Source: Candidatus Bathyarchaeum tardum
GTDB lineage: Archaea > Thermoproteota > Bathyarchaeia > Bathyarchaeales > Bathyarchaeaceae
NCBI GenBank assembly: GCA_024650005.2
Contig: CP122380.1
Location: 1,280,001-1,344,000, forward strand
DNA length: 64,000 nt
Direction of reading: 5' to 3'
Position numbers and translations under genes: made by a program
Part shown: one piece after another, positions 10,717-19,717 of the stretch
Layout of the letters: each line of letters starts with the position of its first letter
Position numbering within the stretch: the stretch's first letter is position 1
Notes under the pieces: model-generated
The model's database searches: none
What the model was told of the DNA's origin: nothing
Seen by the model: the letters and a program-made list of their open reading frames with translations, nothing else

Positions 10717-13293
10717 ATGAAAAAACTAGATTTACATCCGAAAATTGCTACCTTGACTTTGGTTTTATTATTAGCGATTTCTGCTGTAATCGTAACTTTG
10801 CCTATAGCTAACGCTCAACAGACGAAGGCAACCGTCGCCTATCTTGGCGCAATGCCTAATCCTGTTGGCGTTAGTCAGCAGGTACTATTACACATTGGAA
10901 TCACGGAGTCATTAGCAAGCGCCGAAATGGGCTGGGAAGACATGACCGTTGAAGTCACAAGACCCGACGGCACAACCGAAACCCTTGGTCCATACAAAAC
11001 AGACTCAACAGGAGGAACAGGTGCTGTATTCGTGCCAAGCATGGCAGGTACGTATGAAATGTACACTGTTTTCCCCCAACAAACAGTAATAACTGGTGGA
11101 GGATTCTTTGGACCCGAAATTGAAGTAACATACACAGGCAGCCACAGCGAAGTATTAGAACTAGTCGTACAAAATGAAGCAATAGAATTCTATCCAGGTC
11201 ACACAATTCTAGATGAATATTGGAGTCGCCCAATTGACGCACAACTGCGTGAATGGCAAAGCATTTCAGGAAGCTGGACACGTGATCCAGACAACTTATA
11301 CGCTCCATACAATGACGCGCCAGAAACTGCCCACATACTTTGGGCAAAAGAAATTGCAACAGGTGGACTTGCAGGTGGAGAACTGGAAGGAAAAAGCTAC
11401 GGAATTGGTGACGCCTACGAGGGAAAATGGCCTAGCCGATTCATCATAGCAGGAAAATTATACTACACCGAAGGGGGTACAAGTGCAGATCTTCCAAGAA
11501 CATACCATTGTGTTAATCTCCAAACTGGAGAAGAAATTTGGAGCAGAGTCTTCATGAATAACGAAACAATTGATTTCGCCCAAATTCTATATTGGGACGG
11601 AATGAACTACCACGGCGCTTTTCCATACTTGTATGTCGAAACAGGTGGGGGAGGAGGATTCTTTGGACCACCAACACCTATGACTTGGAATGCATTTGAC
11701 GCATATAGTGGAGACTGGAGATTTTCAATAACAAATGTTCCTGCAGGAACCAGACTATATGATGAAAACAACCAAATGTACATACTCCAAACAAACACAG
11801 CAGCAGGTTGGATGGCCCTGTGGAGCATGACAGAACTTGTTATCGCTCAATCAGGTGGATTTTATGGCGGCAGTTGGGGTAACTCAGCCCATGGAAATAA
11901 TTTTGATGCAGCAGACGGCAGTCCAGCGGCAGCAGCAGCATGGCTTTGGAACGTAAGTATTCCATCAGGTTTAGTTGGAAGTGTCCAAGCAGCTAACTAC
12001 GGTGACAGAGTTATCGGTGGAAGCATCAGCACTGAAGAAGTAACACTGTGGGGCTTAAGCCTTGCAGACGGAGATGAAGGAGAAGAGATATTCAATAACA
12101 CTTGGGATGCACCTGCTTACTGGTCTGAACTAAACATTACCGTATCAGGTTTTGCAGGGGGTTGGGTTGCATGGAGCTTTGAAGACAAAGTTGCAGTCCT
12201 GTACACAAAAGAAACCCGAGAAGAGTTTGGATTCAGCCTTGAAACAGGAGACAACATTTGGGGGCCTACAGACTCTGAACATTACCTAAACGCGCTGGAA
12301 GACTCAAGTGCAGCTGTAAGGAACATTGCATACGGCAATCTATATTCTGTTAGTGTAAGCGGAATAGTCTACTGTTATGATGTCCAAACAGGAAACCTAA
12401 AGTGGACCTATGAAGTAAACGACCCCTACTCTGAAATGTTATGGTCAAACAACTGGTGGGTTAAACCATTATTCATCAGTGATGGAAAAATCTACATTTC
12501 CCATACAGAACACTCACCTATAGATCCCCGACCCCGAGGTGCACCTTTCGTTTGCCTTGACGCCCTAACTGGTGATGTAGTTTTTCGAATTGATGGTGCT
12601 TTTCGTACAACCCGATGGGGAGGACGCGGAATCATTGGGGATAGCATAATTGCATTGATGGACACCTACGATCAACGCATATACGCCATTGGTAAAGGTC
12701 CAACAGATTTAACCGTAGAATCACCAAAGAGCGGAATCACAGCAGGTTCAATGGTAACCCTTACCGGAACAGTAATGGACATATCCCCCGGAACTCAATC
12801 TCCTGAAATTGCAATGAGGTTCCCCAAGGGTGTTCCAGCAATTGCAGACCAAGACATGAGCGCTTGGATGAAGTATGTCTACAAACAATTTGAACGGCCA
12901 ACTGACATTAATGGAGTTTCAGTGAAAATCGAAATCGTTGACCCAAATGGTGAGTATGCCTGGATTGGAACGGCAACAACTGATGTTTACGGCAGCTACG
13001 GTTATTCGTTCAGGCCCCAAATTGAAGGCCAATACATGATTATAGCAACTTTTGAAGGCTCCGAAGCATACTATGGCTCAACATCAATAACATACTTCGC
13101 TGTAGACCCAGCACCTACACCAGCAACACCAATTGAACCTGAACCTGAAACCCCTGAAGTACCCATTGAACCAACCCAACCAGTCCAACCAGAAGCACCA
13201 TTGATTACCACGGAAATTGCAGTCATCATAGCAGTTGCAGTCATAGCAGTCATCGGCGTAGCAGTCTTCGTTGTTCTAAGAAGGCGAAAATAA
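10717..13293 (+). CDS. Secreted PQQ-type beta-propeller surface protein with C-terminal TM anchor (paralogue A)
   Basis: Signal peptide; repeated D..TG...W blades; EHSPIDPRPRGAP and RFP.GVPAI.D..M..WM.YVY motifs; PE-rich stalk, TM helix, RRRK tail. Confidence 0.88.
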   Translation: MKKLDLHPKIATLTLVLLLAISAVIVTLPIANAQQTKATVAYLGAMPNPVGVSQQVLLHIGITESLASAEMGWEDMTVEVTRPDGTTETLGPYKTDSTGGTGAVFVPSMAGTYEMYTVFPQQTVITGGGFFGPEIEVTYTGSHSEVLELVVQNEAIEFYPGHTILDEYWSRPIDAQLREWQSISGSWTRDPDNLYAPYNDAPETAHILWAKEIATGGLAGGELEGKSYGIGDAYEGKWPSRFIIAGKLYYTEGGTSADLPRTYHCVNLQTGEEIWSRVFMNNETIDFAQILYWDGMNYHGAFPYLYVETGGGGGFFGPPTPMTWNAFDAYSGDWRFSITNVPAGTRLYDENNQMYILQTNTAAGWMALWSMTELVIAQSGGFYGGSWGNSAHGNNFDAADGSPAAAAAWLWNVSIPSGLVGSVQAANYGDRVIGGSISTEEVTLWGLSLADGDEGEEIFNNTWDAPAYWSELNITVSGFAGGWVAWSFEDKVAVLYTKETREEFGFSLETGDNIWGPTDSEHYLNALEDSSAAVRNIAYGNLYSVSVSGIVYCYDVQTGNLKWTYEVNDPYSEMLWSNNWWVKPLFISDGKIYISHTEHSPIDPRPRGAPFVCLDALTGDVVFRIDGAFRTTRWGGRGIIGDSIIALMDTYDQRIYAIGKGPTDLTVESPKSGITAGSMVTLTGTVMDISPGTQSPEIAMRFPKGVPAIADQDMSAWMKYVYKQFERPTDINGVSVKIEIVDPNGEYAWIGTATTDVYGSYGYSFRPQIEGQYMIIATFEGSEAYYGSTSITYFAVDPAPTPATPIEPEPETPEVPIEPTQPVQPEAPLITTEIAVIIAVAVIAVIGVAVFVVLRRRK

Positions 13294-13307
13294 TCCCCAA
13301 ATTTTCT

Positions 13308-13464
13308 CTCCCTTTTTTTCTTTTTTGGGAGTAAAAGTATGGTAGAAATGGGGCTGAAAAGGCTCAAACACCAAAAATGAAAAAATTACCAAAGTGATAG
13401 TAGCAAAGTTTTTTCATTTTTTATCCTCAATAGCCCGTGTAAGAGCCTCAGCAAACCCATTTCT
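13308..13464 (+). repeat. Conserved structured element, copy 1 (U-loop hairpin plus BHB-closed hairpin)
   Basis: Blocks near-identical to the reverse complement of 27017-27176. Pairings AGAAATGGG/CCCATTTCT, GCTG/CAGC, AGGCTC/GAGCCT with two AAA bulges. Confidence 0.85.
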
Positions 13465-13544
13465 TTCAACCTTTTTAATATTTTAGTTAAATAATTTAAC
13501 TAATTTGCTATTCACAAATAGAAGGTATTAATCGAAAACAACCA

Positions 13545-13622
13545 TGGTGGGATCGCCCGGATTTGAACCGGGGTCACGAGAGTCCAAGTCTCATAGCCTG
13601 GACCAAGCTAGCCGACGATCCC
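13545..13622 (-). tRNA. tRNA-Pro(UGG), intronless, CCA encoded
   Basis: GGGATCG acceptor stem, anticodon loop CT-TGG-AC, GGTTCAAATCC T arm. Confidence 0.96.
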
Positions 13623-13677
13623 CCTTTAAAAAAAGGGCACTCACCAGATATCTTTAATTCAGCAAGCTTTTATGAAC

Positions 13678-13718
13678 AACAGCAATTTCCTATAAATATC
13701 TTCAGTTTCTCAAATGTT
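13678..13718 (+). repeat. 41-bp direct repeat, left (att-like)
   Basis: AACAGCAATTTCCTATAAATATCTTCAGTTTCTCAAATGTT, identical at 15616-15656. Confidence 0.92.
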
Positions 13719-13720
13719 TT

Positions 13721-13910
13721 TCAAACTTTGACTTTCCTGAACATCTTTAGGACATCAATTTTAGAAACATACTCATAACCTGATTCTATCAACTTTTTTG
13801 CATCTTTCGCATTCATGGCAGTTTCACAACTGTAATCCGTTGGTTGCAAGCAATCATACAATTCACTATACCATTCAACATACCACATTGAATATTTTCT
13901 ATTAATGGTT
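13721..13910 (-). pseudogene. C-terminal remnant of a tyrosine integrase
   Basis: MWYVEW...DYSCETAMNAKDAKKLIESGYEYVSKIDVLKMFRK resembles the C-terminal tail of Bathyarchaeia integrases (A..LIE.GFEYV....G...FRK); a degenerate H..IEN segment lies upstream out of frame. Confidence 0.65.
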
Positions 13911-14231
13911 ATTCACAAATATTTCGTTTTGTATATCTTAAATGATTTCTGGTTTAGAAACCAAGTGGATAAGAGGATTAGTTTTGAATAATTTTTAACG
14001 AGTAAAATTATTGACTTATTCTATGAATCTAAAAAAGGGGAGGGTTTCAAGAAACCAAAGTGGAGATATCTCCATCATTTAATTTCAACCAAGAATATGG
14101 TATCCTTACAGATGTGTATAGTTAATTAAACAAAGAAAAATGGAACAAAAAAATCCTTGGTCCAATAATTTTCCTTTTTTCTTTTTAGTTGAAAGTAGTA
14201 AATTTTAAATAATGAGAAACGAGAGCATATT

Positions 14232-14301
14232 ATTGCGAGTAAGACCTATTCGAGGCAATGATGCCCGCAACTGTGGGATGGGAGTAATAGAATAGGGGTC
14301 G
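14232..14301 (-). ncRNA. Putative pseudoknotted RNA directly downstream of the DUF3800 gene
   Basis: Stem CCTATTC/GAATAGG, inner hairpin GGCA-TCAT-TGCC, loop TTGCGGG pairing with 3' CTCGCAA; GC-richer than the flanks. Confidence 0.6.
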
Positions 14302-14303
14302 CA

Positions 14304-14954
14304 TTACTTTCTCCAGAGATAATTAAAAGAGGTCACATCTTTAATTATATCCACATAAATCGAATTTTCATGTTCGTATTTTTGGAAATAGGCACCAGCT
14401 ATAGAATCAACAGCTTGTAGACACGGTTCAACTTTAGAATCAACATGGTCAGATACTATTGAATCAGAATGAAGGCTATTTCCCCTCACGTATGAGAGAT
14501 AACTCGCTTTTTCTTTCACATAATCATTAAAATCTTGTATTCTTGTTTTTGGAAGGCTTTTATCAAAAATCATATTCATTTTTTGTCCAGTCTCTAAACT
14601 GGGAAGTAAAGCGGAAATGATGTTATGGACCATTAGATAATTGTAAAGTATCGGCAATTTGTCTCTCAAATCAGGGCTAACGTGTTTCTTTTCTACCACA
14701 ATAGCGCCTATGTTAGCATTAGTTTGAACGATTGTTTCTAGAACCGTTTTTCTACAATAATTGTTCATTTTACAGAATTTTAGTTCATTTTGTCCACGGT
14801 GATATCTCTTTTTCTGATGAAAGTTTTTCAACAAACGTCTCATTCGTATTCTGATATTAATTGCTGGAGTGCATGCCAAATATGCAATAATAAAAAATTT
14901 TGTAGATTTATCTGAGAACCCTAAATCTCCAGATTCATCTACATAAACATACAA
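14304..14954 (-). CDS. DUF3800 family protein
   Basis: YVYVDESGDLG, ELKF, FD, LQAVDSIAG motifs; TTG start after GAGGA. Confidence 0.88.
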   Translation of the reverse strand: MYVYVDESGDLGFSDKSTKFFIIAYLACTPAINIRIRMRRLLKNFHQKKRYHRGQNELKFCKMNNYCRKTVLETIVQTNANIGAIVVEKKHVSPDLRDKLPILYNYLMVHNIISALLPSLETGQKMNMIFDKSLPKTRIQDFNDYVKEKASYLSYVRGNSLHSDSIVSDHVDSKVEPCLQAVDSIAGAYFQKYEHENSIYVDIIKDVTSFNYLWRK

Positions 14955-15347
14955 AGTTAGTTTTCCTCTTTTTGTTTTCATCTCTTTATGTGGCGCGAAA
15001 AGAAATGTGTTTCGATAAAACAAAGAAAAAACAAAACTTGAAAAAGTTACAGTTCAATAACCCTTTTATCTTTTTATTTTTTAATAAAATTGTTTTTTTG
15101 TTGCTGCAGCTGATCTACTCAAACCGCCAATTTCACGCCCAAAACCTTTACTGGAGATTACAAGCCATCCCGGAATAATGCAGAGAATTGGATAACTCGA
15201 GCAACTCTGTAGTTATTAATCACATTAACCACAATTCAATAAGGTCTGAAATATTTAATTTCAGAAATAATTTTTTGTACAAAAGAGGGAGTTTAAAGTT
15301 GGCGGAGAATAAAGGATTGGAGAAAAAAATTTTCTATATTAGCTCAT

Positions 15348-15615
15348 GTGACTGATTCTCAAAGACAGATCATTTTAAGGAAAATTAATCAAGGTACCCG
15401 TTTTGATGAGTGGAGTCAAATAACTGAGCTAGAAATTGCCCAAAAATTAGCAGTCATATTTGGATTTAACAATATAGAACTTTTTCCCATATTAACTAAT
15501 GGAAAAGAAGCAGACAGCCTCGTAAGCCATAAAAGGAAAAAAATTTATGGAGGTAACCAACTGCAAAAAAGGGGAGTTTTGTGGAAAAACGTGTCGATAT
15601 ATCCAGCGTTTGGGA
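15348..15615 (+). pseudogene. Decayed PD-(D/E)XK-like nuclease fragment
   Basis: ELEIA...NGKEADSLV...IY followed by a frameshifted EVT; runs into the right direct repeat. Confidence 0.35.
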
Positions 15616-15656
15616 AACAGCAATTTCCTATAAATATCTTCAGTTTCTCAAATGTT
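15616..15656 (+). repeat. 41-bp direct repeat, right (att-like)
   Basis: Identical to 13678-13718. Confidence 0.92.
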
Positions 15657-15707
15657 GGTTAAAGGTTAAATTTTCGCATAAATTTTACGGGAATAGAGAT
15701 TTTTGGG

Positions 15708-16967
15708 CTATGAATACGGTGGGCGTTCTGTAGTTGTAACGTCAACTGATATTATTTCGCCTGCCCTCCAGACTGTTAATGTTATTGTCTCTTCGGGAGA
15801 AATTTGGGTTTCCATGTATTTGCTCCAGTCTTCAAGGGTTAAGACTTCAAAATCATCGATAGATAGGATGATATCCACAGCGCGTATACCTTCATCCTCG
15901 TATACAACTGGAAGTAATCCTGCTTTTTGTGCAGGATATTCTGGAAAAACATCCACAACTAAAAGGCCATTCTGGTAACGGTCAATATTGGATATGTTAA
16001 TTTCTGTTATCAGTTGTGGAGTCAAAGCGATTATTGAAACTCCCACGAATGGATGCTTGTATTCGCCTTCTGAGATAAGGGCGGGAATTACACGTTCCAG
16101 AATGTTAAGAGGAACCGCATAATTTAATCCATAACTTGTTCCCGCATTTGTGACTCCAATTAGATTTCCTGAAAGATCCAGCAAAGGTCCTCCGGAACTT
16201 CCAAAAGTAATTGTTAAGTCTAACTGGAACACCGGGATAATTATTGGCGGGATATCAATTAGTTTGTTTACCTGAGAAATATACCCTACAGATAGGCTGT
16301 CAGTTGAACCAAGGGGGTTACCTATTGCTACAACTTTTTGACCAACATTTATAGTTTGATCCCCAAATACCAAGGGTTCAGCACCATCCGGAATCATCTC
16401 AACCTCTAAAATAGCCAAATCAGAATAAGGGTCCGAACCAATAATAGTGGCGTTAGTTCTGCTACCATCAAAATATTGGATTTCTATACGTGTTTGAGTT
16501 GTCACCACGTGATAGTTTGTGACTATTGTTCCAGAATTTCCAAACAAGAAACCTGAACCTTGACCCCAAGGAGTAGAAATCAAAACAACAGACTTGTGGA
16601 CGGCATCATAAACTTCAGCAGGGGTCTGGGGTTCCATTTGGTCAATTTTTTCTTCAAGGTCTAACAAATCCTGGTCTAATTCAAGTTGTAATGTGTTAAT
16701 TTTTTCTTGTTGATTGGAGTTTTGTTCTTCGAGGGTGTCTAACTTAGTTTCGAAATCTTCGAGAACTGATTTTGTTTCATTTAAAGTGGTTTGCAGAGAT
16801 TCGATTTGTTCATTTTGTTCGTTGAATATGCGTTCTGATTCCTCTTCTTGTTGGTTTAGTTGTTGTTGAATGTTTGATGCGCTCTGAATTACAAGATACG
16901 AATTAAAAGTGGAAACAATTATTGCAACAAGAGCTAACACTACAATGATTTTGATTATTTTATCCAT
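15708..16967 (-). CDS. HtrA/DegP-like trypsin serine protease with PDZ domain, N-terminal TM and coiled coil
   Basis: GSGF, TNYHVV, SDLAIL, AIGNPLG, GSSGGPL; C-terminal PDZ. Confidence 0.92.
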   Translation of the reverse strand: MDKIIKIIVVLALVAIIVSTFNSYLVIQSASNIQQQLNQQEEESERIFNEQNEQIESLQTTLNETKSVLEDFETKLDTLEEQNSNQQEKINTLQLELDQDLLDLEEKIDQMEPQTPAEVYDAVHKSVVLISTPWGQGSGFLFGNSGTIVTNYHVVTTQTRIEIQYFDGSRTNATIIGSDPYSDLAILEVEMIPDGAEPLVFGDQTINVGQKVVAIGNPLGSTDSLSVGYISQVNKLIDIPPIIIPVFQLDLTITFGSSGGPLLDLSGNLIGVTNAGTSYGLNYAVPLNILERVIPALISEGEYKHPFVGVSIIALTPQLITEINISNIDRYQNGLLVVDVFPEYPAQKAGLLPVVYEDEGIRAVDIILSIDDFEVLTLEDWSKYMETQISPEETITLTVWRAGEIISVDVTTTERPPYS

Positions 16968-17083
16968 GAAACTTCATTCATGTTTATTCTCTAATAAAAC
17001 TTGAGTGGTTCCAAAAAGGACCTGAATGTAATTGTCGTACCTAAGCACATATGTACTTGAACATAAGGGGAGGTAAAGTAAGG

Positions 17084-17272
17084 ATTGATGAATTTATCAA
17101 CACACATCTGTGGGGTAAAGACGTAGACGTTTACTGTGGGGGTCCTGACGGGTTCAAAGGAAAAGTGATCAGTGCAGTTAACAAAATTCTAACGCTTGAA
17201 ACCAAAAAAGTTTACACGCATGTAACTGTTGACAAATCCTTGCATTATGGCTCAAAGACCAATCATGGCTAA
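17084..17272 (+). pseudogene. MM0924-like small protein, frameshifted
   Basis: GKDVDVYCGGPDGFKGKV...YTHV.VDK continues as (I)LALW only after a 1-nt shift; no ATG after the GGAGGT RBS. Confidence 0.6.
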
Positions 17273-17504
17273 AACCAAAAAATCTAAAGCGGATACAAGT
17301 ATGAACCAGCTAAAAGCATTTTTTTTCCTTTTTTATTAAACAGTAAAACTAGGCTGCTTTTTCCAAATTAAACATTGAAAAACAGAAAAATTACTCTAAA
17401 TAGCGTACAAATAGTTTTCAACTTTGATTAGTTGAATTTTTGCAGTACAGTTTCGTAATAAAATTGAAAAGTAAAACACTGAATAATTAGAGTGGGGACA
17501 AGCA

Positions 17505-17711
17505 ATGGATGATACTGCAGAAAAAAATTTCTTTTCATTTCGAATGTTATTAACTATCTTTTACTGGATCGTTGGCACTGCAATGATGGTTTTGAGTTTA
17601 TACGTTGACGTAAGTGTTTTTTGGGGTTTAGCTGTAGTTACTGCAGGAACAATATTGTTGATAGCCAATTTTGTAAAAGACAAAAACGAAAAGAAATTTT
17701 CCCAAAAATGA
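17505..17711 (+). CDS. Small two-TM membrane protein
   Basis: GTGGGG RBS-like sequence, two hydrophobic helices, basic tail. Confidence 0.6.
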   Translation: MDDTAEKNFFSFRMLLTIFYWIVGTAMMVLSLYVDVSVFWGLAVVTAGTILLIANFVKDKNEKKFSQK

Positions 17712-17771
17712 ATACGCCCTCATTTCAACTTAACTAAGGCAATTAGTCAAACGATAAATGGTGAATTTGTT

Positions 17772-18062
17772 TTGAACCGTGAGGAAGCTATTTTGTTTAT
17801 AAAGGAACTTCTTGAAAAATGCAGAGGTCTTGATGGCCATTATTTTGAGTTATAACCACCATACAGTTCGACCCCATCAGCTGGGGGATACCAAATTATT
17901 ATTCATGCAACTCTTGACAAAGAAACAAAAAACCAAATAAAACCAATATTAACCAAACATCAACTTTCACACCAAGAAGGCACCATGTTGAAAATAAGAA
18001 GAGGTAAAACAGAACCAGATACCTTCATAATATACAAACCCCGGCCAAAAAAATACAACTAA
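17772..18062 (+). pseudogene. Small hypothetical protein interrupted by an in-frame TAA
   Basis: GGTGA RBS, TTG start, NREEAILFIKELLEKC...FEL*PP...GYQIII...FIIYKP; stop at 17853-17855. Confidence 0.55.
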
Positions 18063-18536
18063 GTTTCAAGAAAAAAACACATTTGGGAGACTAATTTTAA
18101 ATCATATAAATAAAGTAAAAAAACCAACGTAGGAGCTTACTAGCATCAACTGGGAAACGCAGGCGATTCCCCTACTGTGTATATGTTTTTCCCGAAAAGG
18201 CAATAACTGAAAACACCCAACAATTTTTTAACAATTCTCGTTGCACAAGTCCATGAAATGTGCAGATACAGAGATCTAGTAACAGTGAATTAAACAGAAA
18301 ACAAGTTATTAAATAGTTTAATTAAAAAACATGAAACATTTACTGCAAAAAATGTTCATTTTCGTTGAAGCATTTATTGATTTATCTTGACATATATCAT
18401 GGCTCGAATTAAGCAATATATTCGCTTCAGCATAATGTGGCGTAAAACAACGGGTAGGAAAGATTTGGGTGAACAAAAGTCAATATAATTTATCTCAAAA
18501 ATTGTTAGCTCAACCAAAAAACCAGAGGCAACGTTT

Positions 18537-18782
18537 TTGAGCAAAAAACAACTTTTGAAGGACCCATTATTCGTATTAGAAAAATTTCATCCGTTAGCGT
18601 TACTTGTCGCCTGTAGCTTGCTAATTTTAATGATTGAAAAAACGTGTGCTGACGTTACCTTGCTGGAAAAAACATTGTTTCTAATCCTTGCAGGCCCCTT
18701 GTATGTTATTGACATAACCTTTGAATCGTGGAGAATTGCCAACCTGCAAACAACAGATAAAATAAACAAAATCAGGTCTTAA
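18537..18782 (+). CDS. Small membrane protein
   Basis: GAGG RBS, two hydrophobic stretches. Confidence 0.45.
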   Translation: MSKKQLLKDPLFVLEKFHPLALLVACSLLILMIEKTCADVTLLEKTLFLILAGPLYVIDITFESWRIANLQTTDKINKIRS

Positions 18783-19092
18783 CTTTCATTGCCTTTTCAT
18801 ATTTTTTTTAATAAAAGAAAAACTTCGGAAAACTCATTTGTTTCAAAATTTTATCATCGTCCAACTTTTGATAACGCACTTACCATCCAAAAAAAGTGAA
18901 AAACGACATAAAAACGGAAGAAAGGAATGGTACACAGGACGCAAAAACTCAAATTGGAAGGAAAACGGTCAAACTATTATCTGGCACTGGTTTCCTGTGT
19001 ACATTCACGTAGTTATTTCATGTCATGCTTTGAAAATATTTCCACCATAAACTATTGTGAAATAATTAGAAAATAAAGTTGTGCAGGGAGAA

Positions 19093-19317
19093 TGGTGGGG
19101 CCGGCCGGAATTGAACCGACGACCTTTACCCGAAACAGATCATTTTCTGCCTCTACGGGTTTCTCCTCGCTCCAGAATTTCGTCATCCCATATTCTGGTC
19201 AGCAAACCCATTGCTTGTTTCTGGAGCCCTTAACGGTTGATACCGCTGCCGGTACGACTGTCGTCATCCCTTTCTAGCGCCAAGTCAGCAGACAAGGCGT
19301 GGCTAGACTACGGCCCC
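19093..19317 (-). tRNA. tRNA-Trp(CCA) with four BHB introns
   Basis: Exons 19317-19301, 19271-19260, 19229-19221, 19160-19155, 19125-19093 join to the 77-nt cloverleaf GGGGCCG UA GUCU AGCCAGGGA UGAC G ACGGG CUCCAGA CCCGU AGGUC GUCGG UUCAAUU CCGGC CGGCCCC ACCA. Confidence 0.9.
19161..19220 (-). ncRNA. Intron-encoded box C/D guide RNA in the 37/38 intron of tRNA-Trp
   Basis: D' box CTGA and C' box ATGACGA; guides ATGGGTTT and TTCTGGAG are complementary to the pre-tRNA around C39 and C34. Confidence 0.75.
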
Positions 19318-19417
19318 ACATCCAACACATTTTAACGGTTTCCAATATATACGTTTCTTGAACAACAGGTAAGCAACAAGCGAAACATTAAAAAAGCAAG
19401 AGTGTAGTAGGAAGGAA

Positions 19418-19538
19418 GGTTGCCGGCCATAGGGCGTGGGTTCCACCTGATCTCATTCCGAACTCAGAAGTTAAACCACGCTCCGTTCATGGCGCTAGTG
19501 TGGTCTTCGGCCACGTGAAACCAAGAAAGCTGGCAATC
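19418..19538 (+). rRNA. rrf: 5S rRNA (stand-alone)
   Basis: GGCCATAG, CACCTGATCTCATTCCGAACTCAGAAGTTAA; terminal stem GGTTGCCGGC/GCTGGCAATC; 121 nt. Confidence 0.95.
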
Positions 19539-19717
19539 ACTTTTAATTTTCATAATATGTGTAACTTTTTTTCTAACTCACGTTAACACGTTATTTTCAA
19601 CATTATCCGGTTTGAAAGACCAACGTTGAAACTTTTGTAATACTTATGATAAAACAGTGTCTTGAAAATACTCAAAATTTATTACCAACTGTGTTGTCTT
19701 TGAGGATGTGAATATTT

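Larger units (their letters stand above)
13678..15656. mobile_element. Decayed integrative element bounded by 41-bp direct repeats
   Basis: Identical 41-mers at both ends; an integrase remnant ends 2 nt from the left repeat; cargo is DUF3800 plus a decayed nuclease-like ORF. Confidence 0.65.

Noticed and set aside
13344-13464. SECIS element or known riboswitch
   Set aside because: The upstream genes have no in-frame UGA, the position is 3' of the gene, and I recognise no riboswitch core.
17853-17855. Selenocysteine or pyrrolysine read-through
   Set aside because: The internal stop is TAA, not TGA or TAG.
19199-19212. 14-nt identity (TCAGCAAACCCATT) between the antisense of the tRNA-Trp intron guide/D' box and both BHB elements
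   Set aside because: A single 14-mer can arise by chance in 64 kb of AT-rich DNA, the similarity does not extend, and the tract is base-paired in the element. Revisit only if further copies keep it.
19092-19277. 61-aa ORF (likewise 13563-13778 and 26647-26967)
   Set aside because: They overlap tRNA or structured RNA genes and have no protein-like features.
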